Shown here: positions 49,079 to 60,885 of the stretch, piece by piece
Position numbering within the stretch: the stretch's first letter is position 1
Layout: every line of letters begins with the position of its first letter
Origin: Takakia lepidozioides
Lineage: Eukaryota > Plantae > Bryophyta
Assembly: GCA_030704615.1 (NCBI GenBank)
Contig: CM060731.1
Location: 61,318,001 to 61,382,000, forward strand
Direction: 5' to 3'
DNA length: 64,000 nt
Position numbers and translations under genes: made by a program
Notes under the pieces: generated by a model
The model's database searches: none
Told to the model about the DNA's origin: nothing
Seen by the model: only the letters and a program-made list of their open reading frames with translations

Positions 49079-49566
49079 TCAAATTTGACCATTGGTACCG
49101 GTGCTCCACACAGAAAAAGCATTCCAATTTTGATTTATGCTAGGGATGCAATACATGACCAAATTTCCATCATCTTGTAACTTTAAAATATATTCTCCTT
49201 TACACTCTCCAGCGTCCACCGTATTTGTAGCCCAAACAATAGTATCATTTCCATTGTAGACCACCAAATTTCCATCATTTTGTTGCGTGAGGTAGCAGTT
49301 GGTGTAGTTGGGGCCTCTACCCTTAGTACCAGTGTGCCACAATAATTTTCCAGGTGTATTTAGGTCAACCAACACAACATCACATGTAAGTTCCATTGTG
49401 AGCTTGTACTGCCCATTTGAGCTAACGAGAGAGTTGAGATTGTCTAGTTCCTGCCCTGCGGTATGCAACATTTTCCATTTTCATTAGCTTCGACCAAAGC
49501 TAGACATGTGAAGAATATAATTGCCAACACTACCAAAGACAAAGTTGAAACTTTAATCATACCCAT
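49079..49566 (-). CDS. GNA/bulb-type mannose-binding lectin; signal peptide is out of frame by 1 nt (pseudogene or assembly error)
   Basis: QNDGNLVVY and QDDGNLVMY (QxDxNxVxY), LWHTGT/VWATNT/VWSTGT. The upstream ATG at 49566 gives the hydrophobic MGMIKVSTLSLVVLAIIFFTCLALVEA, 95 nt before the lectin ORF ATG. Confidence 0.88.
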
Positions 49567-49641
49567 GGCTACGACCAACTAATAACAGAGATTGAATGCA
49601 ACTGTTGAGTATGTGTGATGAAATAAGATTGAGCAGCTGTG

Positions 49642-49650
49642 TTTATATAG
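49642..49650 (-). promoter_or_regulatory. Probable TATA box of the lectin gene
   Basis: CTATATAAA on the minus strand about 80 bp upstream of the ATG at 49566. Confidence 0.55.
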
Positions 49651-50734
49651 CTCCATATCTTAGTTATTTGTCAAAATCTATGCCAACAAATACTGGAATA
49701 TTGTATTGTAAATAACGGCCTAATGGTTAAAATAATGCGTACTCCCAACTATTATCTATAAAATAATAGGTGTTCGTAGTTGGTAATCAGTATACCCAAA
49801 CTTTAGTGAGCTGTAAACCAAAGTGAATATAATTATGTGAGCATATTTTTGGATTTCATAGTTGTCTCCAATGTCTCATATGTTAGAAACTGGTCGTATA
49901 CAAAAATGAGTTTGACGATGACGTTTTTTACTTGTCGATACATACAATGTAGCATCACTACAGATTTGTTATTTGTCTTTTTTTTTTTTTTCCTTATCTC
50001 TTGCACATGTTGTCTACCGTTTGAATCACTCTCTCCCTATGCGCATAATTCACACTTGGCAATGGAGAATCTATTCAGCAAATATATGCTCACATAATTA
50101 ACTGTAAGAATAATCTGAATATTTTATTATCTTCATCTAGGGTCGTTGGTAGGTGTGGAATAATATATCAGAGGGATATTTGGTTGTGTATTTGTTTGGT
50201 TTGGAGTTTGGATCGGAATTCAGTTTGGTGTCATTATATTATAGTTTTGTAGGGAAATGAAAGGTGAGGTCCTTGTCACAGGGGATGCATAGATGGTACT
50301 GCATTCATATTATGAATGTGGGTTAGTATGTGGTTGAGACGTTGGAGGGGGGAGGGGGTGGGGGTATATGTGCGGGGAGGGATTTAGACAGGACGATGTG
50401 TGTTGGATGCACAATATGAGTGTACGAGAGGGTTTGGGTCTATGCAGGCCCATTGTAGTGCTTCGTGGGTTGCTATCTGGGTGAGGGGAGAGCAAAGCCG
50501 TGATCGGACCAGGTGTATTGAGTAACATATCATGTTGCGTCAAAGATACTATCTTTGGGATGTGTGGAGGATGTGGGCTTGAATGTGTGTGTAGGTTCAT
50601 GTGGCAAGGCAGATGCACGAATGGGTGGACCAAAAATGGCAGATTTTGAGTCCATTGGAAGTCTATGAAAAAATAATTATTTGACCCTATTTTTTCATTT
50701 TATTTTTAGAAAAATAGATAGTAGCATAAATAAC

Positions 50735-51843
50735 AGTAGGGTAGCCTGTGCCGTTGGCCCAAGTGTCCAATGTCAGCTAAGTCCAAGTGCATCAATATAT
50801 GAAGCAAGCCAATATCTCATCATTTTTTTTTTCCGCAGAGCCTACGACCATATTTGAACCGGAGACCTTTCCTTTGATATCTCTCCCGTCGAGGCTCCAA
50901 CCATTGTCCTAGGAATGCCCACTTTGCCGTTTTTGCTATTTTTTGTGAGTTTTCAGCGACCAAAAGTACTTAGAATTCCACATCTCCCACACCGCAGGTC
51001 CAAAAATCATGAGACCAAGCCCCTGCACCCCTCCTCGTCGAGGGCTTTCCAATGGTACCAAGCACCGGGGCTGGGGCCTCGCGGTTCGGGACATCTCAAC
51101 GTTGACAAAACAAACAAACAAAACAAAACAAACAAACTGACTTCCTTCATATGTAGGGTTGCCTGTGCCGTTGGCCCAAGAGTCCAGTGTCATCTAAGTC
51201 CAAGTGCAATCGGCCCCTATGTATCCAAGTACGTTTCCTATGTCGAGGCCCAAGTGCAACCTCTAAGGGTAGCATGTGTTGTTGGCCCAAGTATGTAGTG
51301 TCATCTATGACTAAGTGCAATCCTCTATGTATCCAGAGACCCCATTGTTTGGGAGATCTAGGGTAGCTTGTGCCGTTGGCCCAAGTGTCCAGTGTCATCT
51401 AAGTCCAAGTGCAATCCCCTATGTATCAAAGTGCGTCTCCTATGTCGAGGCCCAAATGCAACCTCTAGGGTAACCTTTGTCATTGGCCCAAGTGTCCAAT
51501 GTCATCTAAGTAAGTTTTTTTTCACAGAGCCTACGACTAGATTTGAACCGGAGACCTTCCCCTTGATATCTCGCCCGTCGAGGCTCCAACCATTGTCCCA
51601 GGAATGCCCACTTTGCCATTTTTGCTATTTTTTTTGAATTTCCAGCGACCAAAAGTACTTGGAATTCCACATCTCCCACACCACAGGTCCAAGAATCATG
51701 AGACCAAGCCCCTGCACCCCTCCTCGTCGAGGGCTTTCCAACGATACCAAGCACCAGGGCTTGGGCGTTGCGGTTTGGGACATCTCAACGTGACAAAACA
51801 AAACAAAACAAAACAAAACAAACGTCTTGATTCATATATTGAT
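50735..51843 (-). mobile_element. Tandem non-autonomous Helitron-like elements with reiterated 3' termini
   Basis: Repeated minus-strand TGGGCCAACGGCACAGGCTACCCTA(G) (hairpin plus CTAG) at about 50737, 51154, 51264, 51358 and 51465. A duplicated ~300-bp body occupies 50836-51150 and 51525-51840, with a TCAATATATGAA 5'-like end at about 51842. Confidence 0.65.
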
Positions 51844-54050
51844 TTTTAGTAAAGAGTCCCCTCCCTAAATATTGAAGACATTGTTTCTTAGATATTTTAA
51901 TATTTAAATTGAAAAAACATTTAGACGTCAAAAACTTAGAATTTACAACTTTTGTCCATATACCACATGACCATTCTAGATTATAGGTTTGTATGCCCTT
52001 TTAGTAAAAAATAGTCCATAGCTCTCAATTCCTAAATAAGTAGTCCATATAAAAGTGGATTTGTGTTGGTTTTAAAAATGGCACCCCTAGTATGTTTTTC
52101 TTTGTGCCATTATATATAAGTGTAGATGATGTTTCTTTAGTCCATAAGATTATATATTGTAACATCTGCAGTCCATAGCAAATATACTTAAAAAGTCCAT
52201 AGCTCTCTGGTACATGATTGTTTTTGCAATCTAATAGTTGGTACACATACCTATTGTAATTAGAAACCCTCCACCATATAAATTGATATGATGAAATATT
52301 GAGTTGTTGGAAAACTATGAGTGAAACCATGGAGGGATGTCACTGCAGAAACTGCCGTGTTACACAGTTTTTGGTCCACCCATCTGTGCATTTATCCGAC
52401 AGATGATTCGGTTGGAGTAATAGGAATGGATGAGGTGAAATGTGGTTACTAATAGGTCTATTCAGATAGGTCAATAAGTGTGTTGCAATGTGTGAATGCA
52501 AGTGTTTGTTGGGTGATGGTAAGGGGTTTTTTTTTCATAAGGGATTGTCCTTAAGGTAGGTAACGTTGGTCAACCAATTACTTAATTTATGGGTACCGGA
52601 CCTAAAGACTATTAAGTCCTTAACCCTTAAACGCCCAGTGCCATAGTTTAACTTTCTTAAAAAATATGACCACTACAGTGAAGAAAGATGTAACTTTGAG
52701 AAAATTGGCTTTTTAAAGAACTTGGCCGTACATTATGTGTGTATTTTCCTCCTGCATCCACCTGCTAATTTCTAGGACAATCAGCCCAAGATCCAGAAAA
52801 CACCACCGTTGAATGTGGGGCCATCTGAGAAACATATCTTTTTTTGGCAGTTTTTTAAAATATTTGAATGATGGGATCAACTCGGATTGAGGTGAGATTA
52901 GTGAGGCTTCATCCTCTTGGGATCCCTCATCCAACATGGCTTAGCCAAAAACTATCAAATTTGGCCAACATATGTAGTGTTGCCACTTGGTTAAACCTGT
53001 CCGCAAATCCTCTAACAATAACCCTCTCACACACACGTGTGAAGAGATCTTAGCATGAAAAAGAAAGAATTAACTTCATCAACACCTGACCCCTCGCAGC
53101 TTGCATGACAACACAACTCTGCTTCAACTCGAAATTAGGGCAATCAGTTGCCCAATCTTGGCAGTGCACGACAAGGGCCATTCTATGGCACTAATTTCAT
53201 AAAAATGGAAGCAGATCCGCAAAAGCAATTTACATTGAAATAGGCCCTAAAGCCCGGTTTGGGCCTGATGGCCGGCATTTTAGGGTTAAAGGAGGGTTGG
53301 GCAACTGTATTGCCTTGGTTACGGCTTTTAGAAGGTCTCCATCTTCCAAATGGAGAGTAGTAGCCAAGCAGTAACCCTAGCTGAAATCATATCAACCATA
53401 CTACTAACAACGGTCAATCATGTTTGACGGAAGATCCATAGGTTGCGGAGTCACGAAGTCATAAATATATCTTTCTCCAAGTCCGCTTTCACTTCCAATG
53501 CCCCCTACGTCTATGAAGTCATATTCATAGACATGGAAATCATCACTCGTAGGCCGTGGAAGACATAAAAACCAAGATCTGTTGTAGTGCGTTGGGGGAT
53601 GATTAAGTGACACCATAAGTTACGCATGTTAATTTGGCAAGAATCTTCGTTATGTTGAGCTTTATTCTAGTGACGACTAAAGGTCAAAGAGTAGTTTTAG
53701 TGTAGAGCAGAAATAGGGTGTCATAGTACCCTGTCATTGTCATCATTTGTATAGTGCTGCCCGGACTGCCCAAATTATTATTTTTGAAAAAAAGACGTTA
53801 TTTCTGCCACGACATTGTCACCACGTTTTGGAGGCCACATCATCGATGTACATTCTTGAAGCTACCCTGATTGCATCAGTGATTGCATGGGAAAGAAAAA
53901 AAGAAACACTGAATTATGTTTATTCTCAAATCTGCTCTAATATAATGTATCTATTTATTTATTTGTCTTGTTTCTTCACATATTCAATGTTAACGCTATA
54001 ACACTTTCAAATATTACTTTGATGTCATGGTAAGCACATTTCAATTTACT

Positions 54051-54410
54051 ACTAGGGTAGCCTGTGCCGTTGGCCCATGTGTGAAAAATTGAAATTTAAG
54101 ACCAAGTACTGCAATTTCCTATGTATCCAAGTGCGTCTCCTATGTTAAGGCCCATCTAAGCCCAAGTGCAATCTCCTATGTATCCAAGTGCTTCTCCCAT
54201 GTAGAGGCCCAAGTACGACCTCTAGTGTCATTCCAACACTTAATTTTGTAATTGGATTGAATTTTTAGCGACCACAATTGTTCATATTTCTATAATTCTC
54301 GGCCCGTAGGTCCAAATTTTGTGAAACCAAGTCGGTGCACCCCTACTCACCAAGGGCTTTGCAACGGTACCAAAATTGTGGCCTCTATCTAAGCCCAAGT
54401 GCAACCTTCT
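54051..54410 (-). mobile_element. Another copy of the same Helitron-like family
   Basis: ACTAGGGTAGCCTGTGCCGTTGGCCCA at 54051; body motifs (CCTATGTATCCAAGTGC, AGGGCTTT..AACGGTACCAA) are shared with 50.7-51.8 kb. Confidence 0.65.
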
Positions 54411-55662
54411 CTTCACAAATTGAAATGCACAGTTGTGACAGTACTTTGAACTCTGAATTGGATGGGTCCCTTACCATATTCTCGTGCAACTGACTTTTCT
54501 ATCTCTACACTCTTGCAAGTCATGGACCCTTCACACATATTAGATGTATTAGAGGCACTACAACATTGTTGAATTTGGGGGCATTTGAAGGCCCAGCATC
54601 ACCGTGATCCATTTTAGGAGTTTGCTGCCATTCCATTTCATTGGGAAGGAGGTGCCCCATTTGCTTCCCATGAATGGTGTTGTCAAAATATGAGCCCATG
54701 TCAAACTAGTGTGCGTCCACATCGATGTGTCCCCGATATCCAATTACATATCCACCGGCCTCATGCATACTCCTAACTCACAACTAGTTCGCTAAGTTCT
54801 CCTCACAAAGCAAACACAAAATTAGGAGGAGATGTGTTTATCTGCAGGAAAATGGCTACCAGCTACGAGTCGAGATGGTGCTATGTCAACAAAACGGAAT
54901 TTATGGAAGACGACGCCAAACAAGTAGGTCCAATAAGATTCATACCCTGATCACTATTTACCCTTGATCCTAAAGATATACCCTCGACTAGTCAGGGTAT
55001 ATTGACCCCATTGATGCCATTGATGCAGGATAAGTGCAAATCTAGGGTATATCATAAAGGTATATATAGCCTTATAAAAGAGTATACGTCCAGGTCCTAA
55101 AACCTGCCACATCAGGTTATATATTTAGATGTATACCCGGATATACCGGCTAAATTGCATACCCACCCAACACTGGTTCTTAACTTATTTCTATTATCTT
55201 CCTTAGAAAGACAACTTTACAAGTTTGCTTGCATAATGTTTTTTTGTCATCAATTTACCCTAGTCTATGATGCCATATTCATCCTCATTATTCTGAGTGG
55301 ACCAAGCTTAAGAGCACTCTAACACTACATGGTTTCCCCGCATAGACACGAGCACATTTTGACTTCCAAAGCTGTCATAATTTATGAGCTCTAAGAACGG
55401 TCCACACACTGGCACACTGATCATAATTGACCCTAAGAGAAATTGAGAAGCAATGGAGGGAGAAGGGGCTGCCATGTCATTCCACTGCCTGTGGAATGTT
55501 GCAATTGAATTAAATTGAATTACAATTACAATGTTGCAATTACACATTACACAACATGGTTGTCCACATTCCAATTGCAGACTCACACAACATTGACCAC
55601 ATTCCACATTCCAAATTGACAAGATCCCAGATTCGCAATTCCACATTTACCATATTCCAGAT

Positions 55663-56360
55663 TCACCAAGACGGAGTTGATGCTATTGTATCCCGCTGCA
55701 AGAGTGTATTGACCTCGTTGAAACTCATGGTGGCCTGGTGAATGAAGATGTTGCGCTTGGGATCACAAACCATCCTCTTCAAGAAGATGAAATACAAGTG
55801 TTTGCAGGGTATGAATTTCCCTCTCTTTCCCAAACTACTTGAAAGCATACCAACAAAATCTGGGCAGGTGCAATTGGGGAAATTGGAAACAGTGATGTCG
55901 TATGCCCTATCCTGCAGAGCAGATGTTGACGTGATCAATTTGTACACCCGACCGTACCCCGGATCGGGCACTTCCGTGGTGCCTGTAACACGAGCTTGAA
56001 GCATTCTTGCGGACTCTACCTTCCCGAAGTGTTCTGCAGTTGGAGGGAAACGCCGAACCAGCTTTCCATTCCGTTTTGTTGGCCACAAATGAGCATCTGG
56101 AGGAGGGACCCGAGAACTCGCGGAACTCGAAGCACCTGCACGCACACGGGGTTGCCGTGCAAGGGAGAAGCATGCCTCCTCCAGCATTGCAATCTCTTGA
56201 GTTGTCAGATCTGTCCCCACCTTCACAGGCCAAACGCTTGGTGGAGGAGGCTTCATCACCACCGATGGTCGCACAGTTCCATGCACGCATCTCTCACAGT
56301 CGTCAGCGCAAAACCAGAATTTGTGGTTCTTGGCCTCTGGTTGCCCGTATGGGTGGAGGG
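55663..56360 (-). mobile_element. MULE transposase 3' fragment (copy 3, SWIM region)
   Basis: Very similar to 43030-43427 + 44611-44887 (VRPSVVMKP, RRFPPTAEHFGKVESA, YDITVSNFPNCTCPDF, CKHLYFIFLKRMVCDPKR), with no LTR insertion. Confidence 0.9.
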
Positions 56361-56793
56361 CAGCTAGGTCATGAGCCCAGCCCCATGAGCCTGGGAGCTG
56401 GGCTCACGTTTCAGGCATTAAGTGTGAGCCTAGGCTCACGCTTGGTAAGCATGAGCCTAGGGTTTAGGGTCTATTAGAAGCAACACCTATAAATCCGTGG
56501 AACAGGGGCCTATTCCCGCTGGAACAGACAACATCTTGAACTGCACAGCGCAATATGAAAATGCAGAAGCACTTTTGCGACAGGTACAACATCACAATCC
56601 ATGCATATGCAATGAAAGGAGATGACCATGCAATACATGAGTTGCATAGGACTAGCACAGGAGTGAGTGATTGAATGAAGACATGCACTGAATTAAGTAT
56701 ATTTTTGCTTCATTGTTACTCAATTTCCGCGCAAAGTATCACATGCAAACAAGCACCAAGGGGCATTGCACCAAACACTCTCCATGATTCTAC

Positions 56794-59526
56794 TTAACCG
56801 GTCTCGGACCTGTCACGTTGCAGAAGAGTACGGACTTCATCGGGTGATAGCGTGGCATGGTGAATGTATTGGTCTCTTTTGGGGTCACAACACATCCTGC
56901 GCACAAAAATGTAGTATAGGTGCTTGTATGGAACCCACTTCCCCTTCCTTCCCAGGCTGCCCTCACGCATGAAAACAAAATCCGGACAAGTGCATTCCGG
57001 GCAGGTGCCAATCGGTGTAGACACGACCAAATCTGGGGGGGGGGGGGGGGGGTTCCATGGTAGATGTCACCCTTGCCTGCAAGATTCTAGCTGACTCAAC
57101 CTTGCAGTCGTGTTCCGCACCTGACTGCACACGCTGCACAATCTTTCCATTCCTTTTGGTGGGGTGAGAATCAACCGAAGGCCCTGCAAACGAAATGAAA
57201 TTGGATGCAGGGCCAGTTGCAGGAAGAACTGGATAGCGTGCCAGTCGGAATCCGTGGTCCTCCAACATGGCAATCTCCAGTGTGGAGAGGGAGGTTCCCG
57301 TCTTCACTGGCTAGACAGTTGGTGGGGGCGGCTTCCTTATCACGGACTCCCGCACAGTTCCCTTCACACAGATCTCAATATCATTGGGGCAGAACATGTC
57401 TGCCATATCTTCAAGTGACATGTCCTGCAAAACAACACCAAACAATGAATGTATGGAAGTGGAAATGCTGCACAGAAGCAGAAGGTGAAGAATCGTACAA
57501 TGTGGTTGAAGAGAGCTCATCGTTGTCATGAAAGCTCCCCATTGTCTGTAGCGGAAATGCCAGAAGACAATCCAGTCATCCAATTCTTTCTGGAAGTCTT
57601 CTTTTGCAGCCCCAAATGACACCCACCAAGCCCTGATTGCGGCGTACCTGTTATTAGCCTCAGCCAGAGTTTTGGCGTTCTTGTACATATGTCACAGCCT
57701 CCTACGCTCCGCTTGCAGATCAGGTCATATGCACCTCTTTGTGTGCTTCTCCAGAGATTGAGTCCAGTGGAAAATGCAAGTACGCTCCCTGTTGGCCATT
57801 AGCACCTTTGGATCCCCCGAACTGAAAACTCGCCTAACCGCATTCCATTTGCCTGCGCACTATCAGCCATGAACCCTGCAAAATTTGTGTCCGCAACACC
57901 ATTGGCCCTCATGACAGATTTCAAGCAGTTCCATATTATCATTTGAGACTCCGTGTCCTCAGGCTGCATGTCACATATGGCAATGGACATGAGGCGCTGA
58001 TAAACTAGATCGTAGACATGGCATGCCATGGTCGTCCAGTTCTTTACTCGTTTGCAGTGGTCAAACATCAACCACGCCTTCGCCAAATCTCCACCAGGCT
58101 GCATATGCTCGACAAGGGTGACACCGCTCCCCTTAGCAACTGTAGACATTTTGAACAAGTACACTTTGGACGATCCTTGTCCTGGGAAGACACTATCTTG
58201 AATGAAGTCATACCGACTTCGACGTTTCAGGTCCAGAATGTTGTCCATGCAACCTCTCTTACCTAGACCCATTCTCAATGCATTCACCTGGTTTCGGATA
58301 TTTGGAGAGCTAAGAATGGAGAAGTGGTCCATCACTGCTTCAAGTGAACTCCCATCCAGTTTCACACAGGACTGATCTTCCCTCGCCAAGATGTGCTTGA
58401 CAAGAAATGTTTTGCTGGCGGCAAGCGCAATCGCAGACGGTTTTGCAGAGGGAGTGTTGTAGAATTCCTCCTTCAGAAGGGCCTTTGAAACGTCGATGCT
58501 TTCTCTACATCCCCCTTTCGACAGTGGATGCTCATGAGTTCCAATATGTATGTATGCACGGGTCATCATCTTGCAGCGGTGTGTCACATAATACATACGG
58601 ACAGGGCACAATGCTACACACGATGGGACGATCTTGCAATACATGCAGACGAAGGTGTTGTTGAGTGGAGGGGCACGACCTGGCATGAAAGGATTGTCCG
58701 CAACACCCTCCCACTCAGTCTCATTTGAAGAGCCTTGGGCACGCCTCCCTGGACAATTGCCATTGAGACACCGAACGTGACCGATGCAGACCGACCTCCG
58801 GAACAACAAATCATCGTCATTATGAATATTTGTAGTTTTTGTCTTGCATCATGGGTGCCCATCGTACTTCTTGTCCATTCCTTGCAAGAGATGGTGGATC
58901 GAGTGGATCGAGTTCAAACAGAACATCCCCGTTGAAGGCCCCGGGCAGGTATCAAACTCGTTGGATTGGGAAACCATCCCAATCAATTAGCCGCAGCTCA
59001 CTTTTCCTCCCACCAACGCGAGAGAGAGCTTTCAATTTCGGAATGATACTTCTGATCTCCTCAACGTCACTGTCCCTCCCAGGAGTAGGTTCTGGGCCAC
59101 CAGGAATCTCCGACACATCGTCCTCCGAGGAATCGGACAATGTTATGAACATCGTGGAGGGTGTTGCCTTGTCCTTTACGACCACAAACCTCCGATCGAG
59201 AACAACAGAAGCCGCAGTCCGGGTGTGACCATGGAGGCACCGGTCTCTTTTCTTTGATCCCCATGCACCCGGTATCTACCAGCACGAACTTTCCATTCCT
59301 TACATGCTCCCGATTTAGTTGGAAGGCGAAGGTGAGTCCGGGCCACACCACCGTCAACATTATAAATCTCCTCCAGAACATTGCACATCCCGATTTTAAA
59401 TTTGAACTGCGATGCGAGAATGTCTTCCCCAACCACAGCGAATCCCTCGTCATCCACGGACGCACTCAAGGGAACACAGTGCTGGTCCACATAGAAACAA
59501 GCTTCAGAATCCAAGGAGGAGGCCAT
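56794..59526 (-). mobile_element. MULE transposase gene, copy 2 (diverged, frameshifted, internally deleted)
   Basis: Collinear with copy 1 from MASS... through FRRSVCIGHVRCLNGNC, HIGTHEHP, MFDHCKRV, FMADSAQAN, FWHFRYRQWG (same intron position) to CTCPDF..YKH. Confidence 0.88.
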
Positions 59527-60553
59527 TCATTCCGCGCAGGGACAAAGTGGCAACACACCAATAATTGAAGAACAGGAAGTGGCTCAATGACACACTACGC
59601 ATAGTGCTTGTGTGTTGTCTCACAACAGTCGACCCCCCAAACCTGCTGAATTCCATTACAACCGTGTTCAATTGAGTCCATCCGGCCACATCCAAGTCCG
59701 AACCAGACCAAGAGGAAACCATGGAGAACAAGTCCATGATCCATGAAACCATGCATCAACCATCAAAACATGGATTACGCCATGGCGTCCGACAAGTGGA
59801 GGGAACATTGGATCGATGGCGGCGCATTTACTCCAGCCCTCCCAACCACATCGGGAGCCTCGCACGAAATGTGGGGTGGCTTGCATGTCTTAAAGCACCT
59901 GACAAACAGTGCATGGAACCATTTTGGACAAGTGCAATTTAGTTCGCTCACACAACCAACGATGTGGTTGAATCGTATCGTCCCGCAATATTAATTGGGG
60001 GCGGCCATGGAAACCCAACGAAGCCATTGGATTCTGAGTTTGAAGGCGAATGCCGTCTCCCATTCATTGTCCGGCATCTTTAAGAAAAATAAGCCTTCGA
60101 ATTTCAAGAGTATCCCGGGAATGGTTCTGTGGAGGCGACCTCCTTAATTTTGTCAGATTGTTACCACCCACACCCCAATGAATAATAGCCGTCAAAGTAC
60201 GCCCACGCCGCCGCTGCCGATAATTACCCCAAACCCTTCCAAATGCTTCTGGAACTACAGAGGAACACGTGGATGAACGGACTTTTGCCGTGTGGATGAG
60301 CCGAACACACATCCGAACATGAACCCATTCATTTGCCAACAGTTTGCATAGCAATTGAATCCGTTGTTTGCAAACCGTCAAACTGGAGAGCTCGAGAGGC
60401 AGTGAGGGAGTGTTTGTTTTCAGAGGAAAAAGAGAAGGAAGTCATTGTACTTCACAAGCAGCAAGGCTAGGAAGAGAGCACGAGAGAGGATGAGACTGCA
60501 AACCGTAAACGAAGAGGGCATTGAAAATTGGGCTAGGAAGAGAGGAGGAAGAG

Positions 60554-60833
60554 ATGATGGAGGGAAGTCAGGGCATTGAGGAGAGACTGGCAATGCAGGA
60601 AAACGATCTCCAAGTAGACAAACAGCCGCCTATAATGTGCAGAATGGGTGAGGAAGAGACAACATCGGAGGGCGACTCCGACCCCGAAGACGACGTAGAT
60701 ACCGGCCACATGCAAAAGTACATTCTTGACAAGAGGATGGAAGATAGGATCTAGACAATGATCGGAGTTGAAAGAACTGTCAAGAGGAAAGTGGACCTGA
60801 CGATTGGAGAGACTCGCCTGCAGCACAAATGAA
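60554..60833 (+). pseudogene. Probable first exon of the divergent partner gene of MULE copy 2
   Basis: Acidic low-complexity reading (MMEGSQGIEERLAM...EGDSDPEDDVD) head-to-head with the transposase about 1 kb away. It ends at an AAG|GTAGAA donor-like site and is followed by the palindrome array, as in copy 1. No recognisable domain. Confidence 0.4.
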
Positions 60834-60885
60834 GGTAGAACTGTTGTCCTGTTTATGCTTTTATTCTTGTGATAAGTTATGTTGG

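Noticed and set aside
51515-51608. Functional tRNA gene
   Set aside because: A B box is present but I could not fold a convincing cloverleaf, and the segment is embedded in a duplicated repeat.
56457-56470. Interstitial telomere (TAGGGTTTAGGG)
   Set aside because: Fewer than two full units; compatible with chance or a telo-box.
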